From Dimorphilus gyrociliatus (taxonomy: Eukaryota > Animalia > Annelida), in NCBI GenBank assembly GCA_904063045.1, contig CAJFCJ010000003.1, positions 2,029,106 through 2,093,105 on the forward strand: a stretch of 64,000 nucleotides of DNA. The letters run 5' to 3'. The translations under genes were made by a program, and so were the position numbers. Positions 40,161 to 55,273 of this stretch are shown piece after piece. How positions within the stretch are numbered: position 1 is the first letter of the stretch; the number at the start of each line of letters is the position of its first letter. The notes under the pieces were generated by a model. That model searched no databases. It saw only the letters and a list, made by a program, of their open reading frames with translations, and had not been told where the DNA came from.

Positions 40161-43100
40161 TCAAAAAGCGGTCTGTAAACTGGAAAGAGCGTCTTGTAAT
40201 TTACGCAATTTAGTCTCAGTTGCTGCTTTGGCTTCTTCAGTGTCCTTTAGCAATTCCCTCATTTCATCTTCGACTTCTTTTACTCTAGCTGATCGGTCAG
40301 CTATTTCTCTATCCTTTTCTAAAATTCTTTGCCTCATTTCTGATTCTAACAGCTCTTTCTGTGCGACTAACTGTTTTCGAAAAGATTCATCAGCCGCTTG
40401 TAAATTTTTTCGGCTTTCTTCGGCAGATTGGACGGCAGTATTCTTCTCTTCGTTTAATTTTTTATGCTTTTCATCCCATACAGACTTTAATTTACGAACT
40501 TTCTCTTCTAATTTGACGATCAAGTCGCATTTTTCACTCCATTGGGACTTGATCGCATTATGAGATCTACGCCAATTTTCAACTTCCTCTTCTAATTCAG
40601 AGACTCTCTTTTTTAGGTCATCTTTTCGATTTCTCATTCTCTCTAATCTATCATCATAATCTTTCTGAACACAAGCGTCATTTTCTAAATGATCATGTAA
40701 ATCTCTTTCGGAACGAAGGGCATCACTCCTTGCTTCCTTAACTTCAGCATCCCTCTCTAATAAAGCTTCTTTAAGTTTAGCTATTGTTGACGTTTGATCT
40801 TGAATTATAGCCGTTTTTATTCTTACTGTATCAACTTCAGACTCTAGTTGTTTTGCTAAAGTTGCATTTTCATTTCTCAAAGATTCGATTTTAGCCTCTA
40901 GCCTTCCCCTTTCTTGAGCTAAACTTGACCCCTGCTCGGCAAGTTCTTCACTCCAAACTTTTCTCTCAGCTTTCAGACCTTCGTTAATCGATTTAACAGC
41001 TGTCAACTGAGCCAATAAGTCATTTCTCTCCTTTTTTACTAATTCTAACTGTATCATTCTTCGCTTAGCCTCATCTACATGTTTTTCCAGTTCAGTTATA
41101 CGGTCTTTCATATCCGATGCTTGCTCATGCTTGCATTTATTTAGTTCCGTTAATCTCCCTTTTTGTTCTTTCACCAATTGGGTTAGTTCGTTAATCATTT
41201 TCGAAGACTTAACATTTTGTTCTGTGGATTCTTTTAGGGCTTCTCTCGTTTCTGATAATTCATTTTTATTAGTCTCTAATTCTTTTACGATTTTTTCTCT
41301 TGTCTCTGCCTCTATTACAAGAGCAATTCTAAGTTCATCTTCGAGCCTACTATATTCGTTTGCCAACATATCGATTTTCATCTTTTGGGTGCCATCTATT
41401 TTTTCATTGGAAAGTCTTAAGTTTAATTCTTTTTCGTATTCTTCCTTTTTAGCTTTTAACTGCGCTTTCAAATCAATATTCTCTCCCTTTAGGATTTCAA
41501 CCTGTCACGGTTAAAAAGATACGTTAATGTATAGGATATCTACCAAAGACATTTAATCTATTTAAAGTATTTAACTGCTCTCTATTGTACAACTGCTCTT
41601 AAACGAACGAATAAACGAACTTGTTGTGAAATAGTAAAATTTTCTTTCTGATTTATCTTCAATTCTTTATTCAATTCGTCGAATCGTTCGGCGTAGTTCT
41701 TTTCTAGTTCCCCATTACTTTTCTCTAAATTGATGCATTTACTATGTAATTGATTGATATATTCGGAAGACTCTTTTAGCTCCAAGCGCATTGTTTCTAA
41801 AGAATTCTCGCATTCTATTCTCTTGTCTCGTTCCTCTGAAAGGGTCTGCTGTAATTGACGAACCATCGAAGCTAATCTATGGGATGCAGCTTCAGCTTGG
41901 TGAAGACGATCGTAATCAAATTTTATACGTTTCTCGTCCATCTTTTCCCTTTCAATTCTAAATGAATAAATAACTGAAGTATCTATACAACAAAAAAAAG
42001 AATGTTATTACCTTTTAGTAATATTTTCAGCCGGTTTTTTGGTTCCTTGAAGAAAGCATATAATATATTTTAGCAACTGTCCTACTTTTTTTTTAAATTA
42101 ACTGACCGTTGACAAAAGCTGATCGAACTTCATTTTTATTTCTATTTGTTTCAGTTTGAGTGCATGAACTAGTAGTTGTAACTCTTTCCTAAAGTATAAA
42201 AAATGGATACTATGCAATTACAATTAATGCTACTTTTTGCTACTTTTAAATTATCTTTATCTAAAATTCTTAGCTATTCATTACCTCTTTCAATTTTGAC
42301 TTTTCGAGTAGATCGGCCAATTGTTTTTCAATATTTTCTAATCTCTCTTTACTTTCGACTTTCTATTTTTGTAGAAATGAATATAAAAAATTTAATTATC
42401 AAATATTTTCTACTGTTTTGTTTATACCAATGAAGTTTTATTTCTAGTTTCATCTTTCGATGGTTCCTCGCTTAGAATAGTTGATTCATTGCTGCTTACA
42501 GTGGATATTTCTGGCGTTTTTACTCTTCTGCTACGGAATTTTTCTAGTGCAGCATCAATCTTCGGCGTCATTATTCTAGAATCTAAGATTGATGTATCGG
42601 ATGAATTTGAATGAAGAAATTCTGAAAATTCGTTTAAGTGAGGGGAGAACGAAAACGTTTTTTCAGCTATTTCTCCATTTTTAGTCTTTCCATCTAAAGA
42701 ATGTAGATACGGTAGAGTATTCCATATTGACTTTTGATAATCTGAAGAAAAAACTTAATTCTACCCATTGTCATTTAAATTGAGTTAACCATTACCAGAT
42801 TCACAGCAAATTGCATTTGTAGCAGATCCTTGATTAAATAATAACTCTTTTAAGTAACGACATGCCTCTAAACAGGCTAAGACGTGCTCAAAATCTGTCA
42901 ATGTATTCCCAGAGGCATTTAAGATACTAAATTTGGTGGATGGAATACTTCTCAAACCAGATAAATCACTTATCTTATTATGCGAAACATCTAACTTTAC
43001 AAGATTCCTATAGGCCGTTGATAATAATATTTTAATATTTCATGTAAAAAGGAAACTTACTTTGTATTATGTAAACCTGTAACCGTCTCGATCTTGTTAC

Positions 43101-43329
43101 ATGATAAATTCAGGTTTCTAAGGTTAACGAGACTCTCTAAGCCTTCGATATATTTTATTTTATTTGATGAGAGATCCAAAAATTGTAAACTAACAGCTGC
43201 TTTTAAGTTTATAATACGATCAATCTTATTAGAATGGAGGTTAAGAGAAACTAAATGTCCTGTTATTGATAAAGAATGAAGATTTGTTATATTTCTATCA
43301 ATGAGATTAATTTCGCGTAATTCATCCAT
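40161..43329 (-). CDS. LRRCC1: Leucine-rich repeat and coiled-coil domain-containing protein 1
   Basis: N-terminal SDS22-like LRRs (LNLHSNKI, LDLSSNKI, LNLSCNKI) then long coiled coil with ERKVWSEELAEQGSSLAQERGRLEAKI. Confidence 0.85.
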
Positions 43330-43596
43330 CTTTATTAATTTACCAATCTGAAACTTTTTATGATTTTATCACAGTATAAGACTTATAACAGAGTTATAAA
43401 TGACAAGACACTTTTAAATTTTCAGAAAAATTAAATTGATTGATGAGAAAAGGTAGTAAAAGGGTAATTTCATGTTCAAACACAATCCGAACCGGATGTT
43501 GATCCAGATTTCTGCTAAAAGCCGGACTTGAGTTCCGCACTCGAACAGACTTAAGGAAAGCATTTGCTGCGGTCTGATCTGATCACGTGCCTACAC

Positions 43597-43608
43597 TTTC
43601 GCGCCAAA
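43597..43608 (+). promoter_or_regulatory. E2F site in the MCM6/LRRCC1 divergent promoter
   Basis: TTTCGCGCCAAA, the canonical E2F element, 83 nt upstream of the MCM6 ATG. Confidence 0.7.
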
Positions 43609-43690
43609 ACGGAAACATGGCGTCCTAAGATCCACTGGATTGAGTTATAAGTCTGCTTGCAAGCGAAGATCTTCACTACTTATCAGAAAC

Positions 43691-46901
<3,211 letters not shown>

Positions 46902-47162
46902 TAAAAATAATAAGAATAATTATTTAATTTATCGTCATTTTTTTATTAGTAAAACTGTAGCATCTGCATTTATATTTAATAAGTTTTTAGGAAACAGCAA
47001 AACCAGCAAAATAACCTACTGCCTACTGTGTGTTCAATTTAACATATTATTACTTATTGATGTTTTTTGTAACTTTTATTCATTTGTTCGACCAGACTAT
47101 GCATTTACGGCTGTACAAAAAACTTAGTTGTTTTAACATTTTATACATTTATATATGTAAAT

Positions 47163-47187
47163 TATATATATATATATATATATATAT
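47163..47187. repeat. (TA)n microsatellite
   Basis: Direct dinucleotide run. Confidence 0.9.
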
Positions 47188-47603
47188 CTCACTGTAACAA
47201 GAACTTATTATTGTTTTATCAAACACGGCACCATAAAACCTTGAAATAAATACAAAAATATATCTATACGTATATAAAATTTTGTCTACATAGCCAATAT
47301 CCAATTTTCCAAAATTTATCATTCCAATATTAGATATAGTGAGGAAACTTTATGTATTAATCGTGTCTGCTGTCAAACATAACCTTTCAATTGAGTTCCT
47401 TGATAAAAATGGCGAATAGAAAAGTAAACATGTTCAAAATTGTGTAAACCTATAGAAAACTTGTTGCTCTGATTGCTTAATTTGTTGAGGATATTTGTAA
47501 TTTCCCGTATTAGATAGGTTAAATAATTATCATTAAATATAAATATATATAGAGCAAATTTCAAGCTATTGCACTTGTCAATTGCAAAGTATTAGAGGGA
47601 AAA

Positions 47604-49438
47604 ATGAAGTGTTTACTTGCGTATGTTGCTTTGTCGGCTATTGTTTTTTGCGAAGCTAATTTGCCAGGCTTACCGTTTCTTCAAAGTGCCTTATTTAAAA
47701 AGAGATCGTCCGGTAAACGTTTCACGGTTGAAGAGGCAGCTGATGCCGATGCTCAACTTCAACGTCGAATTCAAACAGAATGTTACCCTAAAGTTATGGT
47801 AAGTGTTCTCTTTTGATAAATAATAATTCTCATTGAATGTCATCTTAGGCTTGTTGTGCTGGAAATCCAAACAGCTGCGCTCAATGCGAAAATGATATGA
47901 CCAAATGTGTTCATAGAATCACAAGTGAAATCTATGCCTCTTACAATTACGTTTATCCCGATAGTGATAAGAAGAGATCTGCACATCAGCTCGTAGCTAG
48001 AGCAGTAGAGAAGACTAAGAGGCAAATATCTAAGGCCGATATTTTAACTGCTCAGAAAAATTCCCAACAAAGGGCAATGACAGAATGCAATCAACCAGCT
48101 CAGGTAATGTATTATTTTGAACTTTTAAAGACAAATTCATAAGTAAACTATAAAAATAATAGGAGTTTTTTATGAACTGCCTATCAAGCGGAAAATCGCA
48201 AAACCAATGTAGCAGTGAAGTCGAAGCTGTAGTTGCTGAATGTTCAAAAAAAATTGCCATAGAAGAATTCTCTAAATTTGGGATGACTATACCTTCAAAA
48301 CGAGGCATAAAGAGACAAATTTCGAACGCCGATCTTGAAAAGATGCAAAGAGTTGTTACTCAAAGAGTTAGGGATGAGTGTAGTGGACCAGCTCAGGTAA
48401 AAAACAGTCGTTTTTATTCCTTGTCCTTGAAAAAATTCAATCATTTACTACACAGGAGTCATTTATGAAATGTTTAGGAAGTGGTAAATCTCAAGGTCAA
48501 TGTTCATCTGAACTTGAACCTATGGTTGTAGCCTGTTCAAACAAAATAGCTATGAAAGAATATGCAAAGTTGGGTATTACTATTCCTGGAAAGAGAGATC
48601 TTAAGAGACAAACTTCCCAGGCTGATCTTCAGCGTGTTCAACAAATAACCACTCAAAGAGCAATGATTGAATGCCGTCAACCAGCTCAGGTAAAAATTTA
48701 ATTATTATATTCAAGACAATAAAAACTAAATGTAAATATAGAATTTCTTCTTGAGCTGCATGGGAAAGGGTCAAAGCCCTGAGCAATGTTCTTCAGAAGT
48801 TGAAGCCATGGTTATGGAATGTTCTACAAGAATTGCTCAAGAGGAATATGTTAAAATTGGCATTTCTTTGCCATCAAAGAGAAACGGACATAAGAGAGCG
48901 GTTAGTGAAGGAGATATTCAAAATGCCCAAAGTATTGCATCTAACCGAGCCATGACCGAATGCAGGAAGCCTACACAGGTATCTATATCGAGAGCACTCT
49001 TTAAATTAAATAAGAAAAAACTGCTATTACGATAGGATTTCTTCATGGACTGCTTGCGCAAAGGTAATCCCCAAGAACAATGTTCAAGAGAAGCAGAATC
49101 CGTAGTTGTGGAATGTTCAAATAAGATTGTCCAAGAAGAATTTGCCAAAATAGGCTTTAATTTACAATCGCTATCAAAGAGAGAAGAAATAACTTACGAA
49201 CAGCAGATGGCAATCGCGCAAGAAATTCAAGAAAAATGCTCTCCGCAATCAGATGTATTTAAGAAATGTTCATAATCATGATGATCCCTAATTTATTTTT
49301 TTATACTTTCAGGCCTGCTTTAAATCTTGCCAGGATTTTCAATGTTTTGATAAATGTCAATTAGAACTTTCTGCTTGCACCGCTGTAATCTATCAAAACT
49401 ATGGAATCGAGATAATTGACAAGAAACGATCGCTTTAA
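47604..49438 (+). CDS. Secreted tandem-repeat polyprotein precursor (499 aa) with dibasic cleavage sites and six Cys-patterned units
   Basis: Exons 47604-47798, 47849-48103, 48163-48396, 48456-48689, 48742-48978, 49036-49254, 49313-49438, all phase 0; signal peptide MKCLLAYVALSAIVFCEA; repeated KR/KKR sites; four internal units with C-X10-C-X9-C-X10-C. Confidence 0.88.
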
Positions 49439-50605
49439 GGGAATCTTGTTAGATATTTAATTGATAAATTATATTTTCCTATAAGTATGTTAGTATAGAG
49501 CAAATAAAAAAGTTCAAAGGAAACACATGGATATATAATTTGAATATTAATTTTTTGTTATTTGGCTGGTTATTTAGAAATATACATTATTATATATTGA
49601 AAGTATTCAATATATATACAGTATATATATATATTGATAGCAAACAATGATAAAAAACATGGAAAAAATTTAATAGAACAAGAATTCCTTTAATTATATT
49701 TAATAGTTGTAATTTCGATAGTTACTATCCCGACAAACACATTTACACACTCTATTTGTAAAAATATAAATATAAAAGCAGAAATATATAACAGAAAAGA
49801 GATGTTGTATATGTAATAAAAAGTTGAAAGGGTAGTCTAACTACCTAGAAGATTCCAACGAAAGGAAATCTTTCTAACCTACTGGAAAATGAAAGATGAG
49901 AGAAAGGTATCTTAGATGAAGTCAGTTGAAGCATGAGGAAGTTGATTTATGCGATTGCATGCGAAAATATTTTCAGTTAAATAGACTTTTAGTACCGTCT
50001 ATAAAATTCAGAGAGTAACTGTATCAAGTTAACTTAAGCCATCTCAAGTAGGTTTTTTTCATTTGAAACATTTTTATATGCCAGATAACTTATAATCGGG
50101 AGAGTAGGGAAAGAAAAAACAAGAGAGAGAGAGAATTGAGTAAATCTTTAAGTTTTTCCTACATTACAATAAAAAACGAGAATTTTGAATATTTGAACTA
50201 GGTTAGCAGTTTTTATTTCATATATAAAAAATATTTCTTTTATTCTTCCAATTACTAATTGACCAAACATTTTAAATTCGATATCTGTGCTAATTGTATT
50301 TCTTTCTGGTGCACTTTAGACAGTGAACGATGCAAGATGCGTAAAATGGGGAAATGAAAATAAAATTCACGCTTTCCAATAATTTACCAAACTGCATGAT
50401 GTCAATATCATAGTGTTATAGTACAGTGCAACTAGCAGGTTTCATTTTAAAATTATAAGTCATCAGGAGGTGATGTATTTTGTTTTTGTAAAAGAAAAAA
50501 AGTTTGAACGTAATAAACTCATGGAGAGTTAAAAAAACATGTTTAACAGATCAGTTAATCTCACAGTAAAGCCGTAATTGATTGATATAAAAGCCACATT
50601 TTTTT

Positions 50606-51608
50606 TTATTCTCCAGGTTTATATGGATTATAATCTGTTTTCTTCATAGATCCTAATGTATGATTGACAACTCTATGGTGAGCTTCATCTGCCCTTATTG
50701 CGAGAGTTACATCCAAAAGAGTAGCTGTTGGTTTTAACTTCCAATACGTTATAGCGACTTTAGGAGCTGGAGTAGTTTTCCAATGTTTTAAACAACCGTT
50801 TTCATTCTCTATATCGAGTAAACACTTTGTATACGTAACTACGGCTTCTTCTTCTAAATAACCCACAAAACGATGGCAATATTTCGGCGAGATGAGGTAT
50901 GCCAAAGAGAAAAATGTAACAAAAAAGCCTTGAGTCCCTACAACTCCAGCTCTAAACATCCATGATGGCTTTTTCAATTGCAGAGCGGTCATCAAGTGCA
51001 TTCTTTCATTCTCGGCCTCCTCTAACAATGTATGTATCCATCCGTGATCTCTTTCCATTCTTCTTAAACTATTCAAATGTCTAACCATTGCTATGTAAGG
51101 AAACGAACAAATTTCAAATTTAAAAAATATTAGAATTTTTCTTAACTGACAAATCTTTACCTGCAACCATTCCCGGCACTCCTGCAACTGTTTCCAAAAA
51201 TGTGATTCTATTTATCCAAACGCCTTCGTCGCGTTTTCTGTTATATCCAGACAATATATCAAAACCCTTTCTTAAAAATTGAACTGTTAGATAAGCAGAC
51301 CAATCAATAAAGCCTTTTGGTTGTCGATGGGTGATTGTGATGGATCTCACTTCGTCATCGCTCCATATTGGATGAGGCAACGAGGATGCTCCAATAGGTG
51401 GTTCATGGGCCGATTTTGTTTTACTAACAAAATTGTCTCCAGTATTAATTTCGGAAATTTGTTCTTGAACTCGTTTATCGAAATCAGCTTGCGAATATTC
51501 TTTCTTGCTACAAAGTACTTGAGAGGAATAAGAGAGTTGACGAAATGATGTTATAACAATATGCTGTTTAAGTATTCTTCCAAGCACTATTGTTGGACGA
51601 GATATCAT
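50606..51608 (-). CDS. AOX: Mitochondrial alternative oxidase
   Basis: Exons 51161-51608 and 50606-51090: FLETVAGVPGMVA|AMVRHL.SLR, LEEAENERMHL, FVGYLEEEAV.TY, IRADEAHHR.VNH, C-terminal NPYKPGE. Confidence 0.97.
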
Positions 51609-52678
51609 CTTTCTGTCTCCAATCGATTTGAAATTTCAATTGATATTTTCGAGTTTCTCTTGTTTATATTTGCTGCGTCCCTCTATTTTATAAAAATAAT
51701 GTGAATGTCATAGGGTGGTCCCTGTCGATTCGTTTTAATTTTCTTAACATTTTCATTCTGGCAATAATAGAACGGAATATGACTCCATGCTCCTAAATAA
51801 ATCATGAAAGAATTTCATCATCACGAAATTGTCATGAAAATGCGAAGGGCGTCTAGAGGGTAAAACGGAAATAAATACAATCACGCTTTTACCCGCCGTT
51901 CAGGTTAAGCCTCAAATAATAAACACCCCCTTGATAAAATTGACAAAGATTTCTTTGAGTTATACAAAATATTGTTGATCGACTTGCAAAATCTAGAATA
52001 ATAAAAGAAATAGTGGGATTTTGTTTTCTTTGGTGTGATATTATGAAAATGAGAGTACCTCCTTGTTAGTAGTAAGGAAAGCTTTGTAGTTTTCTTCATA
52101 GTTGAAAACCTTTTAAGCTTGTTGATAAGTTAGACACTGAATACTGTTAATTTAAAAAAGAGTAAAATTCACAGAAGAAAGCTCATTACATACAAGATTT
52201 CGTATAATCGAAGTTTTATCCTTAAATATTGTAAATTTCTTAATATTTTTTAAAATTTAGTTGTAAAAATTGAGTTATTGTTATTAAAATCAAGGTAACA
52301 AATATGGGATGTTCCATTTTTTATCAATAAAAACCTTCTGGAGTGCATAAGGAAATTATTAGATTATTATTATATGTACTCATATATTGGCTATTCTCTA
52401 TTTGCTTTATTCGAGCTCGCATTTCTTTGTTTGGTATTGGTAAAGTCATTGAGAGTCGATATCAAATGTTACTTTTTTTGAATTGTTTCATAGTTATCTG
52501 AGCTTGGTAAATTATCTAAGGTTGACCTCGTTAAGATAAAATTTAAATATTAAATCTTATGATATATTGTCATATATCATATCTTAGAACAAGAGATAAA
52601 CGGAAGAGGGCTAGAATCTTAAAAAATGAAAATGTGGGTAACAATATCCGGAATATATGTAATAGAACCATACACAAA

Positions 52679-54961
52679 ATGGCGGAAAGAGACTTATTTG
52701 AAAATTTTGCAAAGTTACAAAATAGCTTTTACCTGGCTGTCTCTCGGGTAAAATCAATAAATTTTATTTTTATCATTTTTATATAAAGACTTTTGGAATT
52801 TCTCTTTTGATAAAGATAGTTTTAACCTTATTTTTCAGACGATTGATCCTAATTTCAAACAGAATATTGAATGCGCGTTCCGTATTGTTGGAAATTACGG
52901 GATGATATCGTTGTTTGCTGATTGGTTTGGTAGTCAACTGTCACTCTACTTTAAAGATACACTTATCCCTAATTTAGACAATGAATTTAATTCAAAAGCG
53001 ACTGATCAAACAAGTAGAGTGTATAGAGGCCTAGACGTATTACACTCCGGTTTAAAATCTTTATTTGACTATTGCAATTTATGTGACACTTTTATCGATA
53101 GTAACAATTTCACAATTATTTTACAATCAAAAATTGAAAGCTGCATTCTGCCTAATTTATCCCAGCCTTTCCTTGATCACATAATGAAATTATATCAAGA
53201 TATTTCCGATGAATTATATTCGCTGGACGAAAATTTTTCTTTCGAAGTATTCAATCAAACAAAAGCAAACCAATTTCGCCAAATGAATGCTCAAATGTAA
53301 GTGTGTTTATTTTTCTGAATAGGTGTTGGTACTAAACAATCATTGTGTTCTGTAGGAAAGAAATTAATTTATGGAAAAATATGTGTTATTGTTATGCCAC
53401 AGAAGCTTTTCACGAAACGGTTGTGAAAACGGTGAAAAGCCTGTCATCTAATGAAAAGCTTATACATTCTCCACTTGTCCCTCGCCTTTCTCAATGGTTA
53501 TGTGCGTTTAGAAATAAATATTCTCGGCTTATCGGCGAGGAGGCGTCAACTAGTGTTGAAAACGTTCCGTTGTATGTTTTGTTTGAGGCTGTCGCCAAGG
53601 AGCGAATACGAAACATCTTCAAACTTATGGTTCATTACCCAGATAGTTCCAGATCGTTGATAGAGTTGAAAGACTGCATCGATCGTGTTCCGAAATTAAA
53701 GCCGGTTTTAGCGACGGAGATAAAGACCGCAATCAGTCGAAGACTTCTTCATGCGGGCGTTGCAACAACGGAAATTTTAACGGCATACGTAGCTGTCGTT
53801 AAAACTTGTCGCTTATTACTAGATTTGGATAGTGTTGTAGCATCTATAACTCGACCCATAACAGATTATTTACGCAAAAGAAACGACACAATTCGTTGTT
53901 TGGTTATTAGCGTTGTTGATGAAGACAATGACATTGATTTGTCTTCTTTTGATTCTCTAAACTATTCGATGGATTTCTGGAAAACGTGGCAGCCCCCAAG
54001 CACACATATTGATAGTATAGATTTAGAAGAATCACACAAAGACACTTTCAATGCTCTAGTTGACGATTTGGGTGGTGCTGATTTATTAGTCAAAGAGTAC
54101 GCAAAACAATTAGCTGAAAGAATGCTTGCTTCGCCTGGTGATTTGCGGGTTGATGACGAAATCAAAAGGATCGAAACCCTCAAATTAAAGTTTGGTGAAC
54201 CAGCATTGTCAGCCTGTGATGTAATGATGGTGGACTTGAAAGAATCTAGTCGTATAAGGAGCTGTTTGAAGAAAGAACAGACCAATGCTCTTATTCTGTC
54301 AGAACACTATTGGCCAAAATTACAGGAAGAGGAAGTTGTTCTCCCTCCCGAGATAGAAAATCGTTTTGAAGAATTTACCAATGACTATCAAAAAGTTAAG
54401 GAGGGACGAACACTAAAATGGCACAAGCAATTGGGTACTATAAATATGCGTTTGGAATTAGGAGATAAGAGCTTAAATGTTGCAGTTAGTCCAGCTCACT
54501 CTGCTCTTCTGCATTTATTTACTGTAAAGGATGAACCATGGTCACTTGGCGATCTCGCTAGGGAATCTGGTATGACTAGCGCGGCAGTGAAAAGAAGGAT
54601 GAATTTGTGGTTGAAAGAAGGTGTCATTTCCCCACTGCCAGATGATAGGTTCGAGCTCAATACTACCTCAACAAGGGCTGCTGTCAATGAATCCATGGAA
54701 GAAAATCCGGAAGAAGAAGACGAGAAGGAGGAAGCGGCAAAAGCGCCTAGTCCAAAAAAAGGAAATGTAAATACTGTCTGGATGTATATTCAAGGTGTTT
54801 TACGAACTATGGAATCTGTTCCGAAAGACAAATTGCTAAAAATTCTCGCAATGTTTTCTGCTCATTTTTCTCAATTGGACATACAAAATCTTCTTGCGAA
54901 CAAGGTGAAAAACGGGCAATTAATCTTCAGTGACGGAGTTTACCGCCTTCCGACCTTATAG
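52679..54961 (+). CDS. ANAPC2: Anaphase-promoting complex subunit 2
   Basis: RRLLHAGVATTEIL..Y, YLRKRNDTIRCLV, KEYAKQLAERML, LKLKFGE..CDVMMVDLKES.RI, ILSEHYWP, KEGRTLKWHKQLG, C-terminal WHB domain. Confidence 0.93.
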
Positions 54962-55242
54962 AAACAGATGCTGCTGATATATTTTATATTATGAGAGGTA
55001 ACTGGCCTATTGCATAATGAAGGTTAATACCCGCTTATTTACGCAGGTGCACAAACTTAATTGCTGTGGAACTAGGCGGTTTGTTTTTCTTTTTCTCCTA
55101 TGCATTAATCGACGTGAAATATTCTGAAGAGGTTTAAATTATTTATAATGCAGTGCAGGATTTTGTGTATTAGGCAAAAACGAGGAGAAGGAAAACAAGT
55201 AAAACGATTTTTTTAAAACAAGAAACAAAATTGCTCCCTCTC

Positions 55243-55246
<4 letters not shown>

Positions 55247-55273
<27 letters not shown>
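55247..55273. repeat. (CT)n microsatellite
   Basis: Direct dinucleotide run. Confidence 0.9.

Noticed and set aside
48163-48978. Roughly 290-bp periodic repeats as a CRISPR array or satellite
   Set aside because: They are diverged protein-coding exons with splice sites, not identical repeats with spacers.
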